The position numbers and the translations under genes are program-made. A stretch of 64,000 nucleotides of DNA, from contig JBFWVL010000006.1 of the NCBI GenBank assembly GCA_050246755.1, forward strand, positions 128,001 through 192,000, written 5' to 3'. Source of the DNA: Bacteriovoracia bacterium. GTDB lineage: Bacteria; Bdellovibrionota; UBA1018; CAIPTA01. The notes beneath the pieces are model-generated. The model had not been told where the DNA came from. It saw nothing but the letters and a program-made list of their open reading frames with translations, and did not search any database. Below, in pieces: positions 50,324 through 60,221 of this stretch. The stretch's first letter is position 1. Each line of letters begins with the position of its first letter.

Positions 50324-51961
50324 TTAGATTCGGCCGCTTCCGTTCAGGGTCCGGTACCGCGAGTTCACCTGCTCGAAGATCGTGAGCTCGGTGGCCATTA
50401 CACCGCCGGTCTCGCCTTGCTCATCCTCGTAGACCGCGGCGGATTCCGAAGCCACTTCGCGGGCATCCACCACCGGTTTTCCGGCCTCGTTCGGCGGAAA
50501 AAGTTTATTCATCATTTCGGCCAGAGGATTTGCGCCTGCCGCCGGGGCGCCGTCTTTACCGCCGCCTTTGAACCCGCCGGGGCCCGCCCCGCTATTGGAG
50601 TATTCGCCGGCCGTAGTATTACCCTTGCGGCCTTTTCTGCTGGCGCCGCTGCTCCCGCCGCGGCCACCACCGCCACCACCACCACCACCGCCACCGCCAC
50701 TCACGCCGGATTTTTCTGGTTTATACGAGTTGAACGTCACGGGGCGGCCGCCGATGAGCCCGCCCTTGATTTGGCCACCGTCTCCACCGCCGAGGCCGCC
50801 GAGGTCGCCACCTGAATCTCCGATCGGAAGTGCCGGAGCAGCCGCGCCGATTCCGGAACCATTGGAGGCACCGCTCATGGTCCCAAGCTGCATATTCGTG
50901 CCGGGAATCATCGGGGGAGGCGCAAAGTTGGCGGCATTCTGCGCCGTTTGCCGCGACATATACAAAGCTTGCATGCCCACCAGCGCATCTGCCGCGCCGG
51001 TTACCATCGCTGTTTTCGCGAGCGCGTTGGCTTTGTCGGCTTGCTCCTGGCTTTGGTCGGCCGCGCTTTTCATGCGCTCAAAGGTGGCGTAATTTTTTTG
51101 GTCGGGCTGCACGCCTTTAGAAGCGGCATTTTTATAGAAGCATTGCTCGGGGGTCATCTGCGCGACCATTCCAGATTGGTAGCAGAAGTCTACGAGGTCT
51201 TTATGCGCGCCGCTGATATTATTGCTCGCTTCTTCGGCTCCGCTCGCCGCAGATTTCAGCGTGGCCGCGCCAGAGAGGGCGAGCATACCGGTGGCGATCT
51301 TCATGGCGGCGAGGCCTTGCAGCACTTGCTGCTGGCGCGTTTGGGCATCGGCCTGGGCGCCGGTGGCCTGCATCGCTTGCATGCTGGAATAAGCTTGGGT
51401 GGCCACGAGGGCCGTTCCGTTCACCGCTTCTTGGCGGGCGGAAATATCTTTCACGGCTTCGGCGGCCACTTTACAGTTTTGACCCTGGAGCCCGCCCTTC
51501 ATCAACTCAGCGTTATTGCAATCGCCGCTGTTGGAATTAGGCTTCTCGTTTTTGGCCACTAAGTCTTCGCAAACTTTCTTCGAAGAATTCCATTTATAGA
51601 GATCGGGATTTTTTGCCGCTTTCTTATCGCAGCGAGCTTGCTCTTTCGCGAGGCGGTCTACTTTCCTTTTGCAGGCATCTTGAGCGCTGCGAAACCTGGT
51701 TTCCAATCCTTCTTTTTTCTGCGTAAGGCGTTCGGTATTGGCGGCGGTTAAGGAGCTGCTCAAAGATTTGTCGGTGGCGTCGATTTCTTTCTGAATGGAT
51801 TCGGCAGCGGGGCATCCTTCATCTTCGTCGTCTTCGTCACGGGCCGACAAGGCTTCGGGAAGGCTGAAGGAGAAAAGCAGGGCGCAGATCACGGCGGCGC
51901 TGCAGCTTTTTTGGAGCCAGTTTTTACGCTTCAGGGGGTGAAACAAACGAAGTGCCTTCAT
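50324..51961 (-). CDS. secreted paralog 1 (Cys/coiled-coil, hydrophobic helices, Gly-rich linker, conserved C-terminal motif)
   Basis: Signal peptide; C-terminus LTIFEQVNSRYRTLNGSGRI. Confidence 0.8.
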   Translation of the reverse strand: MKALRLFHPLKRKNWLQKSCSAAVICALLFSFSLPEALSARDEDDEDEGCPAAESIQKEIDATDKSLSSSLTAANTERLTQKKEGLETRFRSAQDACKRKVDRLAKEQARCDKKAAKNPDLYKWNSSKKVCEDLVAKNEKPNSNSGDCNNAELMKGGLQGQNCKVAAEAVKDISARQEAVNGTALVATQAYSSMQAMQATGAQADAQTRQQQVLQGLAAMKIATGMLALSGAATLKSAASGAEEASNNISGAHKDLVDFCYQSGMVAQMTPEQCFYKNAASKGVQPDQKNYATFERMKSAADQSQEQADKANALAKTAMVTGAADALVGMQALYMSRQTAQNAANFAPPPMIPGTNMQLGTMSGASNGSGIGAAAPALPIGDSGGDLGGLGGGDGGQIKGGLIGGRPVTFNSYKPEKSGVSGGGGGGGGGGGGRGGSSGASRKGRKGNTTAGEYSNSGAGPGGFKGGGKDGAPAAGANPLAEMMNKLFPPNEAGKPVVDAREVASESAAVYEDEQGETGGVMATELTIFEQVNSRYRTLNGSGRI

Positions 51962-51968
51962 GGCTATC

Positions 51969-51996
51969 TTATCGGCCGAATTTCGTTAGGGATTTA
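51969..51996 (-). promoter_or_regulatory. sigma28/FliA-type promoter
   Basis: TAAAT-N15-GCCGATAA, 7 nt before the ATG. Confidence 0.7.
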
Positions 51997-52008
51997 GTTT
52001 TTCAGCGC

Positions 52009-53577
52009 TTAATTTCGTACCTCTACCGAGGCAGGGCCTTGTACGTTACCGGACTGTAAGGCCTTGGTATGCTTGAACTTTATCGTCTCGAATAGCGACT
52101 TATCGCGGTTCCCGCTTACCCCCACCATGGAACCTTGCTCGTTCCCGTCGATTCCGGCCGTGGCCTCATCGTACATCTGGTTGGGGTTGATCCGGCTCGC
52201 CACGCTTGGTGCCGGATCTCCGCTAAGGCCCGCCACCAGCCCGTTGAGGGCCGCTGGCACGTCTTCTCCGGCCGCCGCGCTTCCGCTTCCGCCGGAAAAA
52301 GTTCCGCCGCCGCCGCCCCGGGAAAATTCTCCAAAACCAAAAGCAGATTTGGCCACTTCGGCCTGCGCCGCTTTTTCTTCTTCTTCCTTCGCCACCGCCG
52401 CAGCATCTGGGCCCGAATTTCCAAAAGATAATCCTCCCGCCGGAGCGCCCGCGCCGCTGCCCGTGTCTGCCGGGGTGCGATTAGAAATCCCAGAGCGGAG
52501 CTCGGAGTTGCCAAATAGCGACGAGGATCCGGTGCTGGAGCCATTGCTTTCCGCGTTCGTGGCGGTTGCCGTGGCGGTAGAGGTTCCGGTATCGGTGGCG
52601 AGAGAGAAGCTCGGCTGGCCCGTCTGAAAAGTGCCCGCGGTTCCGCCCGACGATCCGGCCACCGGCCCGGTGGTAACTCCGGAAGAAACCTGCAAGCTTT
52701 GCGCAAGCTCGATCGAGGCCATCGATTCCGCCTGTTTCTTACTGCGCTCGGCGAGCTTCATGCTAGCGTAGCCGGCGGCCACTTTTCCCGCGCCGTAAAG
52801 CATGTGCTTATAAGCTGCTTCTTTGGTTTTTTCGATGGCGGCAGCAAGACGTGAATCGAGCGTAGAGTTTCCCGATTTTCCCGAAATCCCGCTGTTCTTT
52901 CCGTTCAGTGTTTCTTGCATGGCCTCGAGCTTACGTTTCTGCTGCACGTAGGCCCAAGCACCCATGGAGACGTCGGCGGCACCGGTGGTATAGGCCACGA
53001 TGCCCGCCTTTTCCTGGAGATTGGCGGCACTGGTGTAGGTGCTCGATTGATTATTTTTTTTCTGGCCAAGCTCGGCATATGCCACCGCGCCCACGGCACC
53101 CACCGCCGCGATATCGGATACGCGGCTTACCTCGGCGAAAATTCTTTGCTGTTTCTTGATGCTCGCCACGTCGCCGCGGAAATTTCGCGCGGCCTTCTGG
53201 CGCTGATCGCACTGGGCCGCCAGCTCCGGGCTCGCTGCGTATTTTTTTCCGTCTTTTTCAAAGACGCTGCGGTACTGGTCGCAGTTGTAATTGATATTTC
53301 CCTTGAGGGAATTTTCTAAATTTTGATTTGCGTCGCCGGCTTTATCGAAACTATTTTCGAAGGTCCATTCGCGCATAAATGATTTTGAGTTATCTTCAGA
53401 TTCTTTCGCTCCACCGCCTTTTTCCTGAGAAGCGGGACCGAGGGTGGGGGTGATCTCTTCGGCCGCGCGGGCGAAGGGGGAAGAAAATACGAGTAGAGAC
53501 GCCGCCGTTAGCGGAAGCAGGAGCTGTTTATTTCGTACCCATCTCGTCATAAAAGGCCCTTCCAGGCCATAAAGCAT
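52009..53577 (-). CDS. secreted paralog 2
   Basis: Signal peptide; C-terminus KSLFETIKFKHTKALQSGNV. Confidence 0.8.
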   Translation of the reverse strand: MLYGLEGPFMTRWVRNKQLLLPLTAASLLVFSSPFARAAEEITPTLGPASQEKGGGAKESEDNSKSFMREWTFENSFDKAGDANQNLENSLKGNINYNCDQYRSVFEKDGKKYAASPELAAQCDQRQKAARNFRGDVASIKKQQRIFAEVSRVSDIAAVGAVGAVAYAELGQKKNNQSSTYTSAANLQEKAGIVAYTTGAADVSMGAWAYVQQKRKLEAMQETLNGKNSGISGKSGNSTLDSRLAAAIEKTKEAAYKHMLYGAGKVAAGYASMKLAERSKKQAESMASIELAQSLQVSSGVTTGPVAGSSGGTAGTFQTGQPSFSLATDTGTSTATATATNAESNGSSTGSSSLFGNSELRSGISNRTPADTGSGAGAPAGGLSFGNSGPDAAAVAKEEEEKAAQAEVAKSAFGFGEFSRGGGGGTFSGGSGSAAAGEDVPAALNGLVAGLSGDPAPSVASRINPNQMYDEATAGIDGNEQGSMVGVSGNRDKSLFETIKFKHTKALQSGNVQGPASVEVRN

Positions 53578-53595
53578 ACTATTATAGTATACTAC

Positions 53596-53623
53596 TGTTC
53601 GGCTTTTCGAACAAAAGCCTTGA
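53596..53623 (-). promoter_or_regulatory. sigma28/FliA-type promoter
   Basis: TCAAG-N15-GCCGAACA. Confidence 0.6.
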
Positions 53624-53669
53624 GAGGCGAATTGGGTGTAATGTATTGAATTTTCAGTATTTTTTTATA

Positions 53670-55133
53670 TTAACGGATTTTTGCCGTGAGGCCGCTGATC
53701 ACGAGGCCCTTCTTCACGGAGCGATGAATGCAGGACTTCACGCGCACGAACAGCACCTCACTGTTTTCGCCTTCTAATACTTCCTCCGTACCACTCTGTA
53801 CGTTGCCGGCGCTGGCTTCCATTGCATTGTCGTCCACGGCGGCCGCCATATCGTGCAGCGTTTCTTTCAGGGGATCTTCCGTATGCGTATCCGAGGAGCT
53901 TGAAGAGGAACCGCCGAAGTTGAGGCCTCCACCTCCACCACCACCTCCGCTATACACGCCGGCGCCATCGTCGAGAAGTTTTGGCACATTCGCCAAAGCC
54001 GCGCTTCCGGGTTCCCGGTGGCTATCGCCGGATCCACCTGGCGCGCCTAAGCCACCGCCAGCTTCGCCGGAATTTGGCCGGTTGCTATTGGTGGAGGACG
54101 CCGCCGTTTTCGCGCTCACGTCGCTCTCGGGGCCGGTATAGCCGGTGCCGGCGAACGAAGGACTAGAGGGAGCGGGAATTTCCGCGGGCTTTTCGGTGGA
54201 GAGATTCACTTTTTGGCTGCTGCTCGACGAATCTTTTCCGCCACCCAGATTGGCCGCAGCCAAGGGGGCGATCGGTTCGGGGGTGAGCGGACTGCCGGGC
54301 GTGGAAACATCGCTATTTTTTTTCATCGCGCTCATGAGACCCATGCCGGCCGAGGCCAGGCCCATCAAGGCGCTCGGGTTGGCTAGACTGTCGAGAAAAC
54401 TTCCCGATTTTTTATCGCCGGTTTCGGTGCGGAGCTCACCTTCGCGTTCGGTGGCTCCATCGATCCCGGCCTGGGCATTGAGAGAAAATGCTTCCCGATT
54501 TTTTTTATCGCTCGCGAGCGCTTTAATTAAATCGGTACCGATAGCGGGGGCTTGCAGCTGACCGCTTATATCGGTAGGAAGCGACGATTTTAAGTCTTTC
54601 AATTTACTTCTGCCGAACTCGGTGTCCTCGAGAGAGCTTTTATTTTTAGCTTCGCGCAATTGGCTCAGCATTCCCGAAATGCCCGACATTTGCGGGTCGG
54701 CCGATTTAGCTTTGGCGGTGGTATTGGCCTTTTCGATATCGGGGCCAATCAGCGTATGCGCTTGTTTCGAGATTTGGCTGTTCAGCTTCACGAGCTCATC
54801 GTTTTTGCTTTTTACAGCCGAATAGATTTCTTTGAGATTCGTGTTCCCGCCCTTGGTGATTTCCGCGGCGCTGGGAAGAGCTTGGTTGATGCTGCCACAA
54901 ATAGCTTTCGCTTCTTTGTCGTAACGAATGGCGAGGTCGGCCAGCTTGCCTGCCACGGCGGCGCAGCTTTGGTCGCCGCTGCAATCGCGCTGCAATTTGG
55001 ATTTCTCGGTGAATTCACCGAGGCCCTGTGGATCGGCGCAAGAGGTGGCCGCCGCGAACGCATGGGCGGAGAACAAGCAAAGTGAGAGCAGTGCCCCGGG
55101 GATCTTCAAATTTTGCGTTCGCTTCTTCATCAA
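53670..55133 (-). CDS. secreted paralog 3
   Basis: Signal peptide; C-terminus EGENSEVLFVRVKSCIHRSVKKGLVISGL. Confidence 0.8.
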   Translation of the reverse strand: MMKKRTQNLKIPGALLSLCLFSAHAFAAATSCADPQGLGEFTEKSKLQRDCSGDQSCAAVAGKLADLAIRYDKEAKAICGSINQALPSAAEITKGGNTNLKEIYSAVKSKNDELVKLNSQISKQAHTLIGPDIEKANTTAKAKSADPQMSGISGMLSQLREAKNKSSLEDTEFGRSKLKDLKSSLPTDISGQLQAPAIGTDLIKALASDKKNREAFSLNAQAGIDGATEREGELRTETGDKKSGSFLDSLANPSALMGLASAGMGLMSAMKKNSDVSTPGSPLTPEPIAPLAAANLGGGKDSSSSSQKVNLSTEKPAEIPAPSSPSFAGTGYTGPESDVSAKTAASSTNSNRPNSGEAGGGLGAPGGSGDSHREPGSAALANVPKLLDDGAGVYSGGGGGGGGLNFGGSSSSSSDTHTEDPLKETLHDMAAAVDDNAMEASAGNVQSGTEEVLEGENSEVLFVRVKSCIHRSVKKGLVISGLTAKIR

Positions 55134-55138
55134 TGTCC

Positions 55139-56704
55139 TTAAATCTTACCGTTAACTCCGTTCACAACTCTACCTTTCTTGAGGTAGCGCACGATCGTTC
55201 CACGAACCCGCGTAAAAATTGGAGTATTCTCGGTGCCTTCCAGGCTGGAGAGGCCTCCATGCTCTATATCGGCCAGGTCGCGGCCGTTCTCCAGTCCGGC
55301 ATTTCCGGGCTGAGTGAATTCGTTGAGTAAATGGCTCACGGCTTCTTCGGTCTCGGAGCGAGCCATGCTGAAATCCCCGGCGTCGCCAGAGCCTCCGCCG
55401 CCGGCATCCCCGTTACCGAAGTGGGGCATGGCGAGGGGAGCAAGGTCGGGGGTTTTCCCTTTAGCCGCCGAACCGCCGCCGCCGAAGGGCATGCCACCGA
55501 GGGCCTCACCGCTGCCGGCTTCGGCTTGTTGGCCGAGTAGCTTTTTCTTCAGCGAATCGCGGAGGCTGGTGTCCGAAATCGACGAAGCACCGCTCGAGGT
55601 ATTGGGTTTGATCACGCCAACCTCTTCCGTGCTGCCCGTGTTGCCGGGAGTGGCATTGAGAGTAGGATCGCTTTTCGATTTTCCGGTGGCGAGCTCATTA
55701 GTGCCAATTAGGCCGGGGGTCGCGGTATCGCCCAGGTCATTTTTCGTTCCAGAAGTATCTCCGGTCATTTCGTTGCCGCCTTTATCGCCGCCGCCGGGAG
55801 GAGACGGCATCGAAGGCATACCTCCGCCTGCCCCCGCCGATTTTTCTTCGGGCTTCGCGGCCGCCTGGGAGCCGGTTTCACTTTCTTTTCCGGTAGGCGT
55901 GGATTTCATGTTGTCGCCGTCTTTGCCCGTGGTCTTCGACATTTTATCGAGCTGGCTCTGGGCAATAGTATTTTCTTTCGCTTTAGCTTGGAGAACCGTC
56001 TTTACTTCGCTAGCGTGAGACATCGCTTTTTCCTGCTCTTTGATAAGATCTCCCGTTACTCGGCTAACGGTATCTTTCATCGATTCGGCAGTTACTGCTT
56101 TTTGGTCTTGGCGAATGGCTTTCGTATTCGGGTCCACTTTGGTGGGCACGTCTGCGCTTTTAGAGCCAAGCTTGCTGTCGTACTGGGCTTGTTCCTTGAT
56201 CTTACCGCCAAGCTTCGCGGTTTCTTCCTTAGCTTTTTTGGCTTGCTTCTCTTTTTCGTCGATCCATTTTATTAACCCGTCCGCAGCCGCTTTCTGTTGT
56301 TTTTGGGCAGCAGCGGCTTCTTTCTGGAGTTTAGAAATCTCGTTTTGGCAGGCGCTCTGATTGGTCTTTCCACTTTGAAGGCAAGACATTGCGTTTTTCA
56401 GCTTATTCGCTACTTCGCAGCTTGCGACTTGCTTTTTTATATAGTCATCGAGAGCTTCCGCCGTCGATTTATATACTGCTTCGCAGGCGCCATTTTTTCC
56501 GTCACCATGCTTTATATTTACTTCTACGCCCACATTGTTAGCGCAGTCCATTTCGGTTTCTTTGAGTTTCACCAGAGCGGGGTCAGGCGAGCATGTCGCA
56601 TCTCCGGTGGCCAATGCGAGTCTGGAGAAAGATAATAGGATGAACGTAAAGGCGCCGCCCTTAGCAAAGAATTTCTGGAAATGAATTTTCCCTAAATTTC
56701 CCAT
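55139..56704 (-). CDS. secreted paralog 4
   Basis: Signal peptide; DTSLRDSLKKKLL; C-terminus EGTENTPIFTRVRGTIVRYLKKGRVVNGV. Confidence 0.8.
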   Translation of the reverse strand: MGNLGKIHFQKFFAKGGAFTFILLSFSRLALATGDATCSPDPALVKLKETEMDCANNVGVEVNIKHGDGKNGACEAVYKSTAEALDDYIKKQVASCEVANKLKNAMSCLQSGKTNQSACQNEISKLQKEAAAAQKQQKAAADGLIKWIDEKEKQAKKAKEETAKLGGKIKEQAQYDSKLGSKSADVPTKVDPNTKAIRQDQKAVTAESMKDTVSRVTGDLIKEQEKAMSHASEVKTVLQAKAKENTIAQSQLDKMSKTTGKDGDNMKSTPTGKESETGSQAAAKPEEKSAGAGGGMPSMPSPPGGGDKGGNEMTGDTSGTKNDLGDTATPGLIGTNELATGKSKSDPTLNATPGNTGSTEEVGVIKPNTSSGASSISDTSLRDSLKKKLLGQQAEAGSGEALGGMPFGGGGSAAKGKTPDLAPLAMPHFGNGDAGGGGSGDAGDFSMARSETEEAVSHLLNEFTQPGNAGLENGRDLADIEHGGLSSLEGTENTPIFTRVRGTIVRYLKKGRVVNGVNGKI

Positions 56705-56750
56705 ACCCGTATCCTCCCAAGTCCCAGAAACAGTTCCCCGAACAAATCCC

Positions 56751-58307
56751 CTAGATCTTACTATTGCTGAGCCCGTGCACTACGCAGCCTTTTTTCAGAC
56801 AGCGTGAAACGGTGGAGCGCACGCGCGTGAAAAGATTGCTGCTGTTTTTGCCTTCGATGCCGGCGGCGGAATCCTGCACGCTGGCGAGCTTACGCGAACC
56901 CGCGCCGCTGTCTTCGTTATAGTTTCCGTTCGGCGTGTATTCATTTTTATCGGCGTCTTTGAAGCCGGCGAGTAAATCGTTCACGGCTTCGTCGGTTTCC
57001 GAGCGGCTCATATTGAACTCGTTCGAGCTTCCGCTACCTGAAGCAAACGTTAGGGGCTCGAGGGTAGCACCTTCGCGTAAGAGCGCGTTCCCTTTGCCTT
57101 CTTCTTTAGTATTCGCGTGGCTTACGGCAGAGGCCGCGGGCATATCATCGTCCTCGCCGCCCGCGCCGGCGCTCAAGAGCTTTTTCTTGAGCGAGTCGCG
57201 CAGGGAGGTATCGGCTGCGCGGGATGCGGAGCTCGAAACTTCCACGTCGGATTCTTTTCCGCCCGGAAGGATATTTCCGGTGGAAGCGAATTTGGAGCGC
57301 TCGCTATTGCTGGTATCGGAGCCGTTTGCCTTCATGGGCTCTAAATTGTTGGCGGCGCCGGGCGCATTGAGGTCCGTGCCATTAGTGGCCACTTCGGAGA
57401 TCGAGCCGCTGGTATCTACGGGCGTAGGAGTAGAAGTGCCTTGGGTGAGGCCGCTAACGGCGGTGGCTGCTTGGGCGGCCTGGGTGAGGGTGCCTAAGGT
57501 ATTGCCGCCCTTGCTATCGCTCTTCGTTTCTCCGAAATTGAAGGTGTTTTTGTCGTTGGTCGCCGCTTTGGCCGTCAGCGAAGTGGATGCCGCGGACATC
57601 TGATTCTTTTGGTACGCCGAACCCAGGCGCACTTCTTCGGCGTTTAGGTAGGTGGCCGTGGCGTCGTAGGCATCGGCGTACTGGTCATTGCCCATATCGG
57701 CATTGCTCTGAAGGCTTTTCCAGGCCTCATCGATTTTTTTCATCGCCTGCAGATATTGCTGGGCGGAACTTACGCCCGAATAGCTGGAGTTGGCGAAGTC
57801 GGAGAGAATTTTTTTCAAAATCGGACGTTTCTCTGGTTTCACTTTTTTGTCGTCGTCGAGCACGAGCTTGATGGCCTCTTCGCTGCGGTTCTTTCCCTTG
57901 GTAGCCAGTTTATTGGTGGCCTCTAGCTCGGAGGCAGCGGTGAGGGTGGCGGTGTTCCCAGTGGTATTCGCATTTTTCGCGCTCTTGAAGTCTGCGGTTT
58001 GTTCTGCAAGGTGATCGCTGTTCTTTACGCTGATGGCGCAAGTGGCGCGCACCGATTTTCGGTGCTGTTCCACGGCTTTTCTTACGTCGGCGACCGCGGC
58101 TTTGCACTCATCGTAGTTTTCCCAAGTGTTTTCGCAACGATCGCTTAATTCCTGGCGCTTGGATCTTTCGGAGCCGCGAGTAATGGTTTTATCTACACAT
58201 TCTTCTATGGTTTCGGCCTGAGCGAAGCTGGGCAGAAACGCGGCGAGCGCTAAGCTTGCTAGGAATAGGGTTACGAAGCCATTCGTTTCACGGATTTGAG
58301 TTTTCAT
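56751..58307 (-). CDS. secreted paralog 5
   Basis: Signal peptide; DTSLRDSLKKKLL; C-terminus EGKNSSNLFTRVRSTVSRCLKKGCVVHGL. Confidence 0.8.
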   Translation of the reverse strand: MKTQIRETNGFVTLFLASLALAAFLPSFAQAETIEECVDKTITRGSERSKRQELSDRCENTWENYDECKAAVADVRKAVEQHRKSVRATCAISVKNSDHLAEQTADFKSAKNANTTGNTATLTAASELEATNKLATKGKNRSEEAIKLVLDDDKKVKPEKRPILKKILSDFANSSYSGVSSAQQYLQAMKKIDEAWKSLQSNADMGNDQYADAYDATATYLNAEEVRLGSAYQKNQMSAASTSLTAKAATNDKNTFNFGETKSDSKGGNTLGTLTQAAQAATAVSGLTQGTSTPTPVDTSGSISEVATNGTDLNAPGAANNLEPMKANGSDTSNSERSKFASTGNILPGGKESDVEVSSSASRAADTSLRDSLKKKLLSAGAGGEDDDMPAASAVSHANTKEEGKGNALLREGATLEPLTFASGSGSSNEFNMSRSETDEAVNDLLAGFKDADKNEYTPNGNYNEDSGAGSRKLASVQDSAAGIEGKNSSNLFTRVRSTVSRCLKKGCVVHGLSNSKI

Positions 58308-60106
58308 TACCGGATCCCTCCCAAGTTCACTACCAAGAGTCCCAGCTCTTGGCAGCGTTTGTGCCGCTTGTGCACGCGTACAAATAGAGATTCCGGCAAT
58401 ATCGCAAGGTCGGCGCTTTGAAGGAGGGCCGCATCGCCTTCGGGATCATTGGAAGTGTATTGGTAGTCGGAAGGAGCCACGGTGGCCGCTTCGGCGTATT
58501 CACCGAGAGCTTCGGAAGCGGGAGCCACCGCGCCGCCTATATTGGGAGCACCGCCGCCAAAAGCCGCTTCGGGGCCGCCGGTGCCCGCGCCTTCGCCGCC
58601 GAAATCGAAAAGGGATTTCATCTGGCCTAGCAGATTTGTTACCTCGCCGGCCGCGGAAGTGGTGGAGCGGGAAGAGGGCGCACGGCTCGGCATGGAGCCA
58701 AAATCGCCGCCGGTATTCGCGTAGCTTTCGCCAGGGGAGGATGTGGTAGGCGCCGCGGTGCCAGCATTCGCGGCACCGCGTTTCAGGGTGCCGGTGCGCG
58801 AGGAGCCGTCGGCGCCGAAAGAGCTGGTGAGGCCGGCAGTCAGGGGAGCAGGATCGGATTTCTTTTCTTCCTTAGTGGCCTCCGCGGCCTTCACGGTGTT
58901 TTTGTCTGCGGACGTTTCACTACCGCCAAAGGCGGTGGCGGCGAGCGGGGGAGGGGCTGCTTTGAGAGAAGGCAGGGTGGGCGGCGGCATCGAGCCGGAA
59001 CTAGAAGCGCCGCTATTCTTGGCGGCGGCCCCGGCGAGACCGAGCGCAGCCACCACTGGCAGGGCCGATGATCCGGAGCTGGAAACACCGGGAGAAACCG
59101 TGGGAGTTTTATTGGTTATCGCGGCCGTGGCGGCGGTGGCGAAGGGAGCGGCGGCCAAGGCCTTACCGGTGAGGTCGGGGCTCGCTTCGGTTTTGAGTCT
59201 CTCTTCTCTTCTTTTGAGTTCCGCGGATAGGGCGTCTAACTTACGTGAAGTATCAATCGATTGGCCCTTGAGGGAGCTCAGCTGGGCCAAGTATTTTTCC
59301 ACGTTATCGGCGGCGAGATTTTGCTCGTCGATCAGCTTTCCTTCGGAGGGAGAGTTATTGCGTTTCAGGATCGTGGGGGGCGTATCGCGCGAAACGAACT
59401 GCTTATATTCGCTGATCTCGAATCCTCCGGCGTTTTCGAGCTGATCGGCAGTGAGGAGAGGATTGGCGGCAAGTTTATAGCGATCGCTCTTGAAGGCGTC
59501 GCTCGCCCTCACGTTCTGTGCGCGGCGGGCCTTTATTTGATCGAGCAATTTTTTATCGTCGATTAGGTCTTTGGCGATCGCGCTGAACTTATCTTCTGCT
59601 TCTTTTTGTTTGCTATGGAAGGTATCGATGCATTGCTTAACGGAATCGCCGGTGCTTTTCCTGCAGTCTTCCACCGATTTGGTGACGGCGTCTATTTTTT
59701 CGCAATAGCCCGTGTATTCTTTTTTGAGGCGGTTGAAGTGTTCCTTGATCACGCCGTAGGAATATTCGCAAGCTCCGATCGAGGAGCTGGCGGTGGACAA
59801 ATCATCGTCGTCGTTTTCAGCGGTGGCTTTCAGGTCGGCTAAATGCTGATTCAGCAGTGAGCGCTGGCTTACCGTGCAGCTCTGCTTCAGCTGGTTGGTA
59901 TAGTCACTGTCGGAAATAGCGGGCGAGAATTTACTCGCGCTATCGTTCCTTTCCAAGACGTTGAAGTGGGCCGTGAGCTTGCCTTCACATTCGTTTTTCG
60001 AAGGCAGCGATTGGGCATAGGAATAGGAACTAGCGGCTAGGCATAGCAGTCCGGCGCGTAAAGAGTTCCGCGCGAGCGAGTTCACGATTTTAACCCCAAT
60101 AGTCAT
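58307..60106 (-). CDS. secreted paralog 6
   Basis: Signal peptide; C-terminus ESLFVRVHKRHKRCQELGLLV; start placed at MTIGVK, downstream of the promoter. Confidence 0.8.
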   Translation of the reverse strand: MTIGVKIVNSLARNSLRAGLLCLAASSYSYAQSLPSKNECEGKLTAHFNVLERNDSASKFSPAISDSDYTNQLKQSCTVSQRSLLNQHLADLKATAENDDDDLSTASSSIGACEYSYGVIKEHFNRLKKEYTGYCEKIDAVTKSVEDCRKSTGDSVKQCIDTFHSKQKEAEDKFSAIAKDLIDDKKLLDQIKARRAQNVRASDAFKSDRYKLAANPLLTADQLENAGGFEISEYKQFVSRDTPPTILKRNNSPSEGKLIDEQNLAADNVEKYLAQLSSLKGQSIDTSRKLDALSAELKRREERLKTEASPDLTGKALAAAPFATAATAAITNKTPTVSPGVSSSGSSALPVVAALGLAGAAAKNSGASSSGSMPPPTLPSLKAAPPPLAATAFGGSETSADKNTVKAAEATKEEKKSDPAPLTAGLTSSFGADGSSRTGTLKRGAANAGTAAPTTSSPGESYANTGGDFGSMPSRAPSSRSTTSAAGEVTNLLGQMKSLFDFGGEGAGTGGPEAAFGGGAPNIGGAVAPASEALGEYAEAATVAPSDYQYTSNDPEGDAALLQSADLAILPESLFVRVHKRHKRCQELGLLVVNLGGIR

Positions 60107-60116
60107 CCTAGGGTTC

Positions 60117-60144
60117 TTATCGGACAAAACTGCTCGGATATTTA
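60117..60144 (-). promoter_or_regulatory. sigma28/FliA-type promoter
   Basis: TAAAT-N15-TCCGATAA upstream of the first gene of the array. Confidence 0.65.
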
Positions 60145-60221
60145 CTGTTAATTTTGGCCAGAGTTACAAGCGTTTAGGCGCCTAAGCTGGCAATTTTAGG
60201 GGGGTTTGCTATTCTCCGGCC

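Noticed and set aside
50660-50700. CCA/CCG triplet repeat
   Set aside because: Encodes poly-Gly in paralog 1; not a separate repeat element
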